DNA of 55,213 nt, taken from positions 620,001 through 675,213 of the forward strand of contig CT868008.1 in NCBI GenBank assembly GCA_000165425.1, written 5' to 3'. The stretch is from Paramecium tetraurelia (lineage: Eukaryota). Numbering within the stretch: position 1 is the first letter of the stretch; every line of letters starts with the position of its first letter. Below are positions 24,780 to 38,504 of this stretch, piece after piece. The position numbers and the translations under genes are program-made. The notes under the pieces are model-generated. The model searched no databases and was not told the DNA's origin. It saw only the letters and a program-made list of their open reading frames with translations.

Positions 24780-26540
24780 ATGGGTTCTAAACCTTCAAAA
24801 AAACCAGATCCACCAAAATCAGATTAAGCTTAACTTGAAGATTAGATACCAGTCTATAATAGACCTAAATCCCCTGATTATGGAGAGTAGGCCAAAATAA
24901 AAGATGTTGGGATCAAACCTGATGATAATATCGATAGGCATTTTATTAATTTAATTTAATATAGGGAAGCAGCAAATAAGAGATAAGCAGAAAAGTAAAG
25001 AAATTCCAAGATAGAAGGTTAATAGAAAATATCAATTCCATAAAAAAAGATAGAATAACCAAAAAAATAATATCAGAAATTCGTTATTTAATCAAGTTAG
25101 TAAAATAATAACAGTTTGGATCTATCCTATGATCAATTTGTAAATGGATTAAATCAAAATGATATTAAAGAATTGGAGAGACAATTAGAGAGTGATGAAT
25201 TGTCTCCAATAAATAAAACTAATACTGAATGTATTTGTATTATTATATCAGAGCTTAAAAATAGGCACTTGATGAGTAGAAAATTAAGGTAGCTGAGCAA
25301 AAAATATGGAAACTAAAGCAAAAAATAAAGAGGTCTTTTGATTGGCCTGATTAAGGTTAGGTATATATGGTTTCAGTTACATTTAAATATAACTATTAAT
25401 ACAAAACCTAAAAGTTAGCAGTGACATAACCTTTTGATAATTATGTAAACTCTATTTTATCTTGGAAAAATAATGAATAATTGAATGTATTCGAATTTAA
25501 ATTAAGAGATGTAGATATATATAATACAAACACTGGGGATGTTTAATAACTAAAATTTAATGAAATAGAGTTCATGGTCGATTATAATGGAGTCTTTGTA
25601 ATTAAATCATTTATTTTAGATTGGAGTCAAACATGAAAGTGACTTTATTAAAAAGCTTTCTTAATAGAAGAGGTATTATGAAAAAGAATAAATAAAGGAA
25701 AAAAAGGATAGAGATTAATTGCTTAATAATCAATTGAGCAATTTAGAAAGACTGGCTAATAATAAATTGCAAGTTAAGCAATCAACTAAAGCAAAGAAAC
25801 AAAAGCCCGAGGCAATTATTTAGAGAACTGAAAAATAATTAGAGTAATTTTGGACAAATGCATTTTAATGTTGGTATACTCTTAACGAAGACGAAGCAGA
25901 AAAAATCTTCTATGCAGGTTAAGAATGTGTAGTTTTACAAAAAAAAGAAGTGGATCCTTAAAAGAAATTAGAAAACTTTCTAATTAAGAAATTATAGGAT
26001 CCAGAATTCTTTAAATCTTGTTTAAATTCAGTAAAAACAATAAAGGATCCATTAAAAAAATGGGGAATGTTCAGTAATGAAGAAATATTAGAATATTTAG
26101 GTGGACCAAAACATGTAAGAATTTTAAATGCTTATTTAGAGTGTTGTATAAATATAAAAGAAAATAACCTTTCCCATATTGGAAAAGTGTATGATTGTTG
26201 ATGGTATACTGAATAATAGCGATTTAACTCCTTTGGTTGTCAAATGGAATCAATGTAGAAAAACAGTTATAGAACATGAGAGAGACTTATTTGTGGACAT
26301 TGAGTAAGAAAAGAGGTATAGTAATAATTAGAATGTAGATTATTAACATTTATATGGGATAAACAACTAGATATTAAGATGAAATTAAGATCTGAGAATA
26401 TATTTGTGGAAGAGCTCAATAAATTTAGAGATGAGTGCGAATTAGAATTGAAAGAAATGTTGTTCTAATTATCGACGATCCCCAATTTTCCGATGGAAAA
26501 TAGACCTAAATATAAAGAAAAATATTTCTAAATTTTATGA
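24780..26540 (+). CDS. Hypothetical protein with N-myristoylation-like start
   Basis: MGSKPSKKPDPPK...; continuous after removing four 22-25-nt GT..AG introns; ends KYKEKYFQIL*, TGA 26538-26540. Confidence 0.7.
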
Positions 26541-27205
26541 TCATTGAAATGAGGGTGGTTATAACTCAAGAACTCTAAAAATATTCATAAAATGTATTTG
26601 CTATGTAGGGTTGAGCGAGCAGTACAATTCTGCAAAATCACTCTCATCTACTACTTTAAGCATAGCCCATTTCTTCAAATAGTTTATAATCTTAAGTTTG
26701 TTTTGCATTCTATCAATGTCCTTTTTCAATTTATGAATTAATGCTCTTTTGTTTTTTTCACAAAATCCAAGAGTATAATTAGTTATCACCCAAGGTTTGA
26801 TAATTGAATGCCTTTCTGTGTGACTTTCTTTAGAGAGAACTTTCTAATAAGGAACTCTAAGTTTTTCTCCATTTCTCACCAGCACATCCAGTAATGGTTG
26901 ATTCTCATTTATTAATTAATCGAATCCGTCTTATATAAAGATATGTCTCTTTCTTTAACAATATATATCATCATACTTGCATTCCACTTAAGTACAATGG
27001 CCTAAGAAGTTAAAGAGGGGACAAGCATAAGAACAAGTGTTTAATTCATCCTTTAAAGTCTTGCGCACTCTTTCCTCTCTATTTGTATCGCTCTGAACTG
27101 TTAAGAAATTCTTACAAGTGAACGCAATGAGGATTCGCTATCTACACCTTCTACTTTGTCGCCTTTTTAGGTCAAGATCTCTCCCTCCTCATATTATAAG
27201 TCCAT
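26541..27205 (-). CDS. CCCH-type zinc finger protein
   Basis: After splicing 23- and 24-nt introns: CPLFNFLGHCTQVECKKRH (C-x8-C-x4-C-x3-H); ends LELQPPSFQ*. Confidence 0.75.
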
Positions 27206-27271
27206 ATATTGTATATTTAATTTTGATCAAAAGTCATAACATTAAAAACCTTTAAAGAAATCTTTATATTA

Positions 27272-28952
27272 ATGGGATAAAGTAGTTCTTATTAATTTAT
27301 TACTATTCTCTATTAAAGTGTTTCTCCTTCAAAGAACCATTACAGGAATAATTAGAGTTTTATTAATAAATCTATTAAATACCAGAGAACATTAATATTT
27401 ATATTTAAAAATAATAAGTATTATTCTTGGGTTATTAGTTATCTTAATTGCTTATTTGCCAGAAGATTATATAATATTTAAGGAACTGTTATACATTAGT
27501 TAATGTTTAAATAAGAAATAATTAAATTATGTTAAAAATTGTAGATAAGTTAAGAGAATTAGTTTCATAAGAATTGTGGATAAAGTTCTTCAATTCTATC
27601 AATGGTAGATTGATGCTGAAATTGATAATGTTAAAGTCAGTTGTCTGTAAGCTTAACAACCCTATTAAGTCGTGATGATGCTAGGGATTTTATTTGGCTA
27701 TATTGGAAGTTCTGAAAATAAAGTAAAATTCCATATGAATGAGGATTTGGATTACAGTCAAAAATTAACTAAAACGATTTTATCGAAAGTTGATGGGTAT
27801 TACAAACATTTGATTCTGCTTGCCTATTTATCAGAAAGATCACCTACAACTTATGTTTATACTCCTATCACATTCAATAATTTTACTATTTCGAATGACA
27901 CTTTCACTGAGAAGTACATACTATCACATAAATTGACTTAAAATAATATATCGTTATATAGATCCTTATACAAAATAACAGAACCTATGGATTAAGAAGG
28001 ATGGTTATAAACTTTAAGACTAGCTCAAATTGATAAGTATATTTTAGAAATGATGTTTAATTATGATGATATTTATATCTTTTTTCGTCAATTCTACCTC
28101 ATAAATAAGCTAAATAAAATTATTCATTACTTCCCTGTTATAGAAAATATGAATGAAAATTATCTCAATTTAGAATAGAAATAGTAAATCCTATATAGTA
28201 ATGAAACAGTGATATTTTCATATCCAACTAATTATGGGATGGTTTTAGGAATTGGATATACCAATATAATTAAATAAATTTTGTCAAACTTAGAGTCATC
28301 ATTTTTTATAAAAATATTTAAAACAGACAATTCCTTTTATGTTTCCAATGATTAAAACATGAATGATCAATGTGAGTGTTAGACAAATAGAATTTTAAAT
28401 ATCAGTTTTGAATGTGACATGCCGAAAGGAGATAATAACTATTATTCCAGTAATTCATGCAACTCATTGTACGTTAGAGACATATCAACTGATAGCTCGA
28501 TTAAAATCTATTTAGTAATATACAAATAAAGAATAAATGATTCAGTCTAAGCCTTAGATTTATTCAATTTGGCATGGCCATATTATTTAATAACAATAGT
28601 AATATTTTTCATTAATATTTTGATCATAATAAATAGAGTCAATTTATTTACTAGAGACATTACAAATCCAATCAAGTAAGTCACTTATAAAATTGATAAA
28701 ATCATCAACAATATATTTTAAATCAGAATCATAAACAAAATACAGGCTGATGATATTTTAATTAAGGAAGATACTGAGGTTTAATTATTGTTGCATGAAT
28801 TTTCTCGCTTATTTGAACAATTAAGAAATATGAACACCTTTAATATTTAAACATTTGAAAAGAAAGAAAAGAAAGATATTTTGCCAAAACAAAATGATAA
28901 ATCAATTGAATAAATTAAGACATTGGTTAATAAATTTAGGGACTCATAATGA
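27272..28952 (+). CDS. Two-TM membrane protein with large extracellular domain and HAMP-like juxtamembrane segment
   Basis: TM1 IISIILGLLVILIAYL; TM2 YYLITIVIFFINILIII followed by ITNPIKQVT...TEVQLLLHEF; long frame 27411-28952; 5' end needs a 3n+1 intron or a 1-nt frameshift near 27407-27411. Confidence 0.62.
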
Positions 28953-29142
28953 TGATCTAGCCATAAATATATCAGTATTATCTTATCTTTAAAATTGTAA
29001 TACATATATTCGTTATTCATATTTAATTAATATAGTTTATTTTGTAAATCATCAATTTAAATTAAGATCTGAATTTTTAAGGAATTAATTTAATGATAGA
29101 GGATTAAATAATATTTTTAGAAAATAAGTTTGCGATTTTAAA

Positions 29143-30684
29143 TCAATTTAAAAAGGCAACTATACAAGTGATATCATCTATAACTTCTTCTTCCTTTTTC
29201 CATGATTCTGTAGCTTCTTTCACTAATTTATCTACAGCTCCTTCAGCATCGTTTTTCAAATAATAACCAAAAACTGTATCTATAATCCATTAATTATCGA
29301 GAAATCTATAATATATATTATAAATACTCCCAAATTCCATCAGACGCAATAATAAGGAATTTGTCATTTTAAAATGTGTGTTTAATTATTTCTGGAATCG
29401 AGATTACACCTACTTAAGCAGCGACATAATCTCCAAAACTTCGAGACATGGCCAACCCTGGGACATTTTCATTTTTTAACCAAACTCTTGCAGGACCAAT
29501 TGGATTTCCTTCTTCATCTGAATATGCCTAAACTCTTCCGCCGTTTTATAGTATCCTTTTCTACTCTTTAGGCAAATCAGGCTTTTAATCATGCGAAAGC
29601 TCAATCACATGTAATCCATCCTTCTACCTTCCAATTATAGCTCTTGAATCTCCAATATTAGCACACCAACCAGTATGCTTAATAACTAATAAACAAACAG
29701 TTGTGGCTCCACTATAAGTGATATCAATTCCTGATTAATATAATTCTTTAGTTGTTCTTTCAAAGGCTTATCTTAGTATCACTTATATCATCATATCTTA
29801 ATCCTTCTTACCCAATTTATGAGATTTCAATAGTTAATCGATAATATTTGGTAATTTCTCTTAAACGAATTATGCAACTTCATGCCCATTGACACCATGT
29901 CCATCTGAAACTTAGAGTAAATATGAATTATCGATATCTCCTATCCTCTCATGAATTGCATAAGAATCCTGATTTACTTTCTCTTATTTTGTATAGAGCA
30001 TTCCTGCTTAAGTTCTATTAAAATAAATAGAATACATACTTAACTGCAAATTTTGAGATAAGTCTTCTATCTGTTTAAATTATATCTGGATTTGATATTG
30101 ATCTATAACCCTTAATCTGTTTAGCAGATTATTTTTTTATATACTCAATTAATTTATTTGCAATATCACTAGTAGGTTTGAGATCTCCGTTACTCATAGC
30201 TCTATTATGTATTTGAGGAGGAGATTTATGTAGATTTTGAGTTTGTTTTTGGAGACCTAATAATTTTTTGAATTGCTTTTGAATCAAATTTTCATGATAC
30301 TTAAGATTATTTTCTACATTATTATTTTTGACTAATCGCTACATCTATAGTCTTGAAGACGGTCTATTTTTTTTCGAATTTGCATCATTAATATCAAGTA
30401 TGAATTAGCTGCGAAAATTTGATTTTTTATCCAATAATTAATTGTTGATGTAGGAATTAGTTCCAGATTTATTCGATGAGATGAAATCGCGAGATAATGC
30501 TATTGACTTTAGTATTTTATTATCAGTTTTAGGTGCTGTGGATATACTTGTCGAAACCAAATATCTAAAATCATCCAGATACAACATACTTATTGTTCTT
30601 TATTGGAGATGAGCCTGTCTTTTAAGTGGAAGTACATGGCCTAGCATTAGCTAATTTTTATTGGCTGGCAGAGTTTAACTTCAT
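29143..30684 (-). CDS. Protein phosphatase 2C with low-complexity N-terminal extension
   Basis: KVNQDSY, VSDGHGVNGHEVA, ANIGDSRA, SHDQKP, GLAMSRSFGD, IASDGIWE, DDITCIV; short introns. Confidence 0.93.
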
Positions 30685-30755
30685 TAAATATATTTTATAA
30701 ACAGTTAGTTAGAAAAAATAAGAAAATCAAAATTTATCTTGAGTATTTGGTAATT

Positions 30756-31769
30756 TCATAACCATTTTATTCTTTTTCCTTGTTCCCATTACCCTTTTCT
30801 ATTTTCACCTGTGGCTGCAGTGTATTCGCCTTCTCCATTCTATTTTCCATTCAGCCATTATCCTGAGTAGAAACGTCCATCCTCCCAATAGAAATTACCA
30901 AATCCATGCTTTTGATCATTTGAATATTCTCCTTCGTATTTTTTACCATCTGCCCAAATCATAGTACCCTTTCCATCCATTTTATTATTCTTCCATTGGC
31001 CATTATAAGATTTTCCATCGAACCAAACATATTCACCTTCTCCGTGTATCTAATTTTCAAAAAATTAACCAACGTATGATGATCCATCTGCAAAATATAT
31101 ATGTCCATATCCATGCTTTTTTCCTCCCTTATACTCCCCGTTGTATTTAGATCCATCTTTCCAAATTTCTGCTCCTTTCCCGTTCTGTTAATCATCTTTC
31201 CATTAACCTTCATAGCGAGCCCCATTTGAGTGAATATATATACCAAAACCATCTGCTTAATCTCTTTGCCACTCTCCCTCATATTCATCTCCGTCTGCAT
31301 GGATGAGTTTACCTCTTCCCCAAGCTAAATTATGCTTCCACTCTCCTACATAAACGGAACCATCAGCCCATTTATGCCTTCCAAACCCCCATCTTTATCC
31401 TTTCATCCACTATCCTTCGTACTTGCTTCCATCAACCATTTCTATTTCAGACAATTATATGGGTTCTTATCTTTTTTCAGTTTCTTAAATTCTTAATTAA
31501 TCCTCCGCTTTTAGTGCTTCGAGAATGCAAATTCTATTAGAAAGCTAACTTTCCTTTTTTTATTATGTCTTAGCTGTTTTCTTCATTTTTTTCCTAACAG
31601 AATGACCTCTGTAATGAGCTTATATTTTAATAATTGAAGTTATTTTCTCTTGTATCTCAGTTACTTTTTGATCTTCTGTTGTTAAGGCAAGGTTAACCTC
31701 AGTTATTATTTACTTTTCGACTATTTTTGTATCATCTTTCTTACAACAATAAGTTGAACATAGACCCAT
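30756..31769 (-). CDS. Lipid-anchored IQ-motif + MORN-repeat protein
   Basis: [11 protein letters not shown] (myristoyl/palmitoyl-like); [14 protein letters not shown] motif; about eight YxGxWxxxxxxGxG MORN repeats. Confidence 0.92.
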
Positions 31770-31785
31770 AAAGTTTATTTTATAA

Positions 31786-32997
31786 TCAATTATCAATAAT
31801 AATTTAATTCAATAATTTGAATAACTCATCGTAAGCCACAATATATTTTAATTTATCAAATTACTTGATATATCCAACTGTTTTATTTTTTGTCATATTT
31901 TATACTTTATCATAATTTTCTTCTCGTATAAATTTCTTGTCACTTATTCTCCATTTTGTTATGTGTTGCCATCGTAATTAATTAACCCAAGTCACAATGC
32001 CTGGAGTGGTTACTGTGAATTATATTTGTTTTACTAAAACAATTACCATTTTTTATTTATTTAATATCATTTCTATTTCAAATAAGGTGGAATTTAGTAA
32101 TTATTGCTAAGCCTTCTCATGTTGGGTATCATTACAGAACGAATAATCGTCTTTATTGATTTCAAATAATTAGAATGAATGATCATTGATGAATTGAGTA
32201 ATATCCTCTAAATTGTTATTTCCATCATTCTCTATTAATTTAAGTTCACTTTGGCTTTGATTTACTAAAGTTTTCAGTTAAGTTAAATTTGTAAAATTCT
32301 AATTTAATAATTAGACCTAAATTTATGTTGTATTATAATAGATTTCATCTCTTCTTTAATCATCTATTAATCCTAATTAGTACAAAAAGGATCCATAATA
32401 TCCAATCTAATGAATTGGGCTAACCCATGCGTTTTCAAGGATGATGCCTTCTATATTTAGATTATATCCTATCGAATTCTCAATAATTTTTGAGAATAGC
32501 GATGACACATACTCCTTTCCATATAACATTATTTTCATATTTGGTATTCCTTTATTCACTAAGAATTCTTCAATAAACTACAAAATCTTTATAGCATTAT
32601 CATTTTTTTCTCCAATTCCTTCAGAAAAGCCTACTCCAAATGGCTGATCTATATATAATAAATTTATAAATTTATTATAGGAGTAGGGATGTAGGTCAAG
32701 CTGTCTATTTTAATAAACGAATGGGCCATATTTATCATAGGCATGCATTATAGATGAGCAACCATTATTAGTTAACATTATCCATAACTGATCGGCATCT
32801 GTAAAATTGGTATAATCTGTGTGATTTTCTTTCAAAAATATCTAGTAAGTGTAAAACCCATTATCAAATGTCAACCTTCCAGATTCACATAAAAATGATA
32901 TTTATTTTTTGATCATATCTTAGTAGAAGGAGGTCACATCATTCTTAACAATTAAAGCTCTAGTTAAAGTGAAAATTAATTATAAATAAATAAACAT
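31786..32997 (-). CDS. Serine carboxypeptidase S10 homologue lacking catalytic residues
   Basis: Signal peptide; NNGCSS..YGPF, SYNKFINLLYIDQPFGVGFS, GIILENAWVSP, WVNQLRW, VGYIK; nucleophile elbow reads YGKEYVS instead of GESYAG. Confidence 0.82.
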
Positions 32998-33203
32998 TAT
33001 ATTTTGTTTTCATTAACATATCCTCATGTAAAATCATGTGACCTTACTCATTATACATTTCGATAATTAATCCTCGAAGCTTTTTAACTATGCAAGGCTA
33101 ATAAATAAGGATATAAATATATATCTACCTTTCAAATCATATCCTTTTCTTTCCTTTAAAAAGTCTATCACAAATATCCTAATTAAATATTTATCTAAAA
33201 AAA

Positions 33204-33677
33204 ATGGAAAATGTCACAAGACAAAAATGTTAATTCTAAAATTATTGGCAGAATAAATTGCTTTCCTTCCAAATATTGATAAGCAAAAGTCTTTATTAAA
33301 AAGCTTATAGAAAATATAAACTGTTTTCCTCTTCTCATCTTAGTCTATCTCAAATTATTGAAGGAATTACAAGGAGATATTTAGCGCCAATTAGGTAAAA
33401 TCCTTTTTGGAGTTTAATATTTTCCTCATCAAGAGGAGTACTAGCTTTAAATCTATAGTTTATTATAACTTTCAAGTTTATATCAATTTCTAATCTTAGG
33501 GAAATTCTTGACTAAGCAATCTATTAATGTAACTAGGACAACCATCAAACAGTAAATTAGGATGTTTCTACATCATTGACTAAAATAAAGTACAGGCTAG
33601 AACTTTTGGATATGATAGAAGACTTTAAATAATATCTTAGAATGTATTAAAAAGCAACTAGAGATGATTTAAAGTGA
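33204..33677 (+). CDS. Hypothetical protein (157-aa code-6 ORF)
   Basis: TGA-free ORF from ATG 33204 to TGA 33675-33677; C-term KIKYRLELLDMIEDFKQYLRMY looks coding, N-terminal structure uncertain. Confidence 0.4.
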
Positions 33678-34760
33678 AACCTTAATATTTACATCATTAT
33701 GTTCCAATTACAAGTTGTAAAGCTAAATTAAGCATTTTGAATTTATCTTATACTGCATGCATGATTAAAAATATCAAATAAGTAATTAATATTCATTTAA
33801 ATAATAGGATGTAAATTGCTTTGAATACATATCAAATTCTAATTACTGTTAACCTGCAATTTTTCCAGCATTTTCTGAATATATACCACTTTTTCTTATC
33901 AAAATAAAATCCTTTGTTATTTTAATTTTTGATTCTTATCCATCAATATATATAAATTTAGAAGGATTTTCTTACACTAATTGTCGTTGAATTAATAAAT
34001 GACTTTAGAATTATGTTCGCATCAATATTGTTTAAATCCATCAGTCATTTGAAATCAATTCCAAATATTTAACTATGTATTTTTAATTTTGAGTATTGAA
34101 ACTTGATTAGTGATTCTAGATGTCGGTATTATTTTCTATCTCAGGTAATGATCACAAAAAGATTATGAGATTGATGATGAAATATATCAAAATTAAAATC
34201 GTGATATAATTAAATCTGGCATTTTTTAGAGATTTTAGATCCTAATAATTAAAATAATTAAATTTGTGATAATTTGATGACCAAATCATGGACATGAAAT
34301 ACTAGATTTAATTACAAAGCAAACTGCATTCCAAATTCGTAAGTAGCCATTTCTTTGAATGAAATGTCTATTAGTAGGTTTGGAAATAAATTTTACATAA
34401 AATACAATTCATATTTCAGTCATACCTTAAAACTCAAATATATTTGTTCATATCTCCCAATTAGTATTTCTAATCCATTTTTTAACTTAATAACAGAGTA
34501 GCTCCAATACTATAATATGGGATAATTCAAGATTTGAATTAATTATATGTTAGTATCTTTGAGGCTTGATTTGTTGTATTTGAGATGAGATTCTGCTTTT
34601 TCTTGAGAAACTTGATTGAACTTCATGAAGATTCGATAAGAATTAACATAAGGAATGGATTCTATAATTTAAAATCATTAAAATAATTTAACAAAAATAA
34701 AAGGATTGTTAAAATTAGGAAGAAGCTATTTTATATCTGAACTTAATTAAACTTATATAA

Positions 34761-35135
34761 TCAGCCACTTGTGTATTTGGTAACAGCTTTTGTTCCTTCA
34801 GAAATAGCGTGTCTGGCCAATTCTCCTGGAAGTAATAATTTGACTGCAGTTTAAATTTCCCTTGAGCTAAGAGTTCTTCTTTTGTTGAATCTGACTAATT
34901 TGCTGGCTTCAAGAGCAATTCTATCGAAAATGTCATTAATGAATGAGTTCATAATGTTCATAGCTTTTCTTGATACACCAATTTCTGGATGTACTTATCT
35001 CAAAACTTTGTAAATGTATAAGGCAAAGGTTTCTTATCTTCTTCTTGCCTTTTTCTTGTCATCGGTTGATTTTTTAGCCTTAACTGTCTTAACTGTCTTT
35101 TTTGCTTCTGCTTTTGGTGATTTTGATGGAGCCAT
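34761..35135 (-). CDS. H2B: Histone H2B
   Basis: [13 protein letters not shown]...[49 protein letters not shown]...[16 protein letters not shown]; intronless, 124 aa. Confidence 0.98.
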
Positions 35136-35193
35136 TATAATTAATATTTTAAACTTAAAACCCAAGCGCTATTTTTTAAATAAAAATTCTCAA

Positions 35194-35239
35194 TTTGATT
35201 GGCTGATTAAGGATAATCGTATATCTGTCATTTGATTGG
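35194..35239 (-). promoter_or_regulatory. Twin CCAAT boxes upstream of H2B
   Basis: TTTGATTGG at 35194-35202 and 35231-35239 (CCAATCAAA on the H2B strand), 37 bp apart, about 60-105 bp upstream of the ATG; CCAAT boxes are typical of histone promoters. Confidence 0.65.
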
Positions 35240-35973
35240 ATGTTCTTCATAAAAAATGACTAAAATGCGTCCAAAATAGTGCAGCACAATGGAACACACT
35301 TCATTTTTCATCAATTTTAACACCTTCGTCAATGAATTCACCTTTATCAAATAATAAAGAACTTAATTAATAATAAATTTATAATTAAATATACCCCCTT
35401 AACTAGAAAGTATATAAAACTTTTAAATTCTTATTTCTAAGCCCTAAACATTATGGATTGAGCAAATACTTAGATTACTTATTGAAAATAAAATAGGTTG
35501 ATAGAATATATCTTATTATTATTTTTTGGCTTTAAGACTTTTATTAAAGTTAGAATGATGATATAAAAATCTCATCTATCTATGTAATCAGTGCAACCGT
35601 TGAAATAATTTTCATTTTTATAGAAATAAGAAATCTAAATTTGAATAGATATTATTATTTTTCATTTTTTTGTGTGTTGTTGTTTATAAATTATTTATAA
35701 TTGAAGACTATTTCTAATTTTTCTTAGTCTTTAGTGGCTGATTATGTAACTTTTATTATATATTTAATTTTAATGATCTTTAAAAACAAAGAATTGATTA
35801 AGCTCTTTGAAATTCTTTAGTGGTCAATTTTTTTTCAATTAACAAAGAGGAAACTAGTTCTAATGAAAAAATTTCGGAAGAAACATTTCGATACTTTTAA
35901 AATGTCTTATTTTGTTTTACAGAGGTGCATAATTTAAATTTACTGTTTATAAAATAAATACTTATAAAACTAC

Positions 35974-37185
35974 TCAATTATGTTGATAAATCTAAGAGGT
36001 TATTTATAAAATCCTTTCCACCTGAATTTTACCCACCTATTGCAATCCCTCCATAATATCTGTAAAATCATCCTATAATAAAGAAGGTTTTAATTCTTTT
36101 ATTATGCTCAAGCATAAAAAAAGTAAATATTCATTTTTATTTGAATGACTCAAAAGACTATCCCATAAAATAAAAACACTATGTAATTCAAATTCTTATG
36201 TTAAATATAGCATAATCCATCTTAAACTGTAAAATTAAGGGTGAATCCCTTATTTCTATAAATTATCCCATATTTCAATTTCATGAATTCGTAATAACGT
36301 GTTTAAATTATTCATTTTAGATTTAATTCCATCTTATGAGTCATCAAGTGCTCTTAAAAAACTAAATTTGAAAATAGAAATATCGTATACCTATCTTTAG
36401 CATCTGACATTAATATAGTAAAACAGAAAAATGCATCACTTTCAACAGATTATAAAAATAATTCGTTCGTGTCGCTATAGAAAACGTAATATAAAGGAGC
36501 AAGTAACTCATTCATTCCTTGCTTAAATACATATATTTGATACCACATATCTGATTGCTGGATTCAGCTTAGCATATATAAACAATATTCTTGTGAGTAC
36601 ATCGTAATGTCTATGTTCATAATCTTTGGCCAATCTCCTTTCCCTCCGACATTAAGTCCTGAAATATACAGGATACTTATTTGGAATTTATGTTGGGGAA
36701 ACAAAGAAGGATAATTCTGCCCTTGTTCTAACTGTGTCTTTTTCCACTTCTTCCCATATTACCTGATCATCAAAAAAGCTTTTCCAAATAGATTATAAAG
36801 ATTTGCTTAATGGATGATCTTATTTTTTTGATTATTACAATTCTTAGTCTTCATATTCATTTGATTCAGTCATCTGTTTTTACAACTTCGACTTAATCAG
36901 ATCATTACAAAATTATTCATAAATCTCAATATTAGTTTTAATTGTCGAGTTCCATTTCGTTCTATCCGCTGGTAGGTAACCTAGCAATAATTTCCAAACA
37001 AGTGATCTTAAACCTTTTATATCATCTGGCACACCTTAATTAGATAACTTTTTTAATTCATTTAAATTAATCTTAGGTTTGTCTAAAATTTCCAAAAATT
37101 TCTCAATGCTGCTCCTTGTATTTCCTGCTATAGGTTTTGTATTTAATTATTGGATTAAATACTCTAAACTAAATAAGCTTTCCAT
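35974..37185 (-). CDS. TBC-domain Rab GTPase-activating protein (TBC1D13-like)
   Basis: LRSLVWKLLLGYLP, DHPLS, VEKDTVRT (Arg finger), LNPAIRYVQGMNELLAP (Gln finger), ESDAFFCF, FYSLRWI, LWDSL; two introns. Confidence 0.92.
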
Positions 37186-37543
37186 AATCTGAATTGTGTA
37201 TAGAAACAAAATTTTAATTTTATTAATATTAAAATTTCAGCTTATGGATCAAGGTAGTACTTACAATTTCTTTTTGTTTATTAGAATAAGTCTCATATTT
37301 TATCAGCTTTAAAACTATTAAACTGCTGTAAGTATGTCAAGCGTAAGAAAAGTTCAGAATTTTGTTTAACGTTTTTGTTTAAAGAATTGAAGTCTATATA
37401 CGCTGACAAATTTTTTATGTATATACAGAAAAATTAGCAATTCAAGCTTAGAAAGATAATATTGTTATCCTCTTTTTCCCTTAAGCTATATATATTATTA
37501 AATTTCAAGTTTCATTAATTAATTCTTTATATTTTATAACAAT

Positions 37544-38504
37544 ATGGGTGGGTGCTTAGATCGAGAAAGAGATAAACGAAGAATATTAGAATAACTATCA
37601 TATTCTTAAAGGCCTATTCTAAAGCAATCAAATGAATTTAATTATCAGAGGCAAATTTAATCATAATCAACAAAGAGTTAGCACGTTGAAGTTTAATAAC
37701 CAAGATATAGTTTGTTGAAACATTCACAAATTTCTAGTAAATAGGGAAATCAATCAATAAGAAGTGACAACCAATCCTACTAACATATCAATTAGAACAA
37801 TTAATTTATATTATTATAGAGAGGAGAACTTAAATAATTTTTAAAAACAAACCATATGGGAATAGATCAGATCATAACTAACCCCTTGAATCCAAATTAA
37901 TTGATAATATGCTTTGAATAGAATGACATCACAGATACACTAATAAGTGAATAGGTAATCAGTAACAGTAATTTTCACAAATTGTATATGGATATTAAAG
38001 ATTTTATTGGGTATTTACATTACCCTATTCTAGATAGCCTGATAAAAAAATTGTTGGGATTATTCTTGAGAACAGAAACTAAATTTTAATTTTATATAAG
38101 AAATTGAATCCAAGACAAGCGATGAATAACACTATTGAGATTCAGTGTACTTATTTTCTCTAAATTTTAGTGGTTGATAGTGTGAATTAAGACTAATTAG
38201 AAGAAATAATTAATGAGAGAATGTAGGATAATCTTATCTGCTGTACTATTTTATAATTTCCTGATTGTGCGTTGTTATTTTTTTAAACGTGTAGAAGATA
38301 AATTCAAGCTCTAAATGTTATATCTTTAGAAATGCAGTAACTAAATTCAATAAACCTCTCTTAAGAAATTGCAGGAAAAGTTGAAATATTGTAAAGCAAT
38401 GATGTAATAAAATTTAATAAATTTAGGAATTTGATTTCATTAGTCTGTTGCCTGATGTTAAAAATAAATCTCTCTATATTTTAATGTCGATTAAATAAAT
38501 TTGA
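37544..38504 (+). CDS. Hypothetical protein with N-myristoylation/palmitoylation-like start
   Basis: MGGCLDRERDKRR...; frame continuous after three 23-24-nt introns; TGA 38502-38504. Confidence 0.6.

Noticed and set aside
33700..34700. Short coding-like minus-strand stretches downstream of H2B
   Set aside because: Interrupted by TGAs, with no identifiable homology; too weak to call
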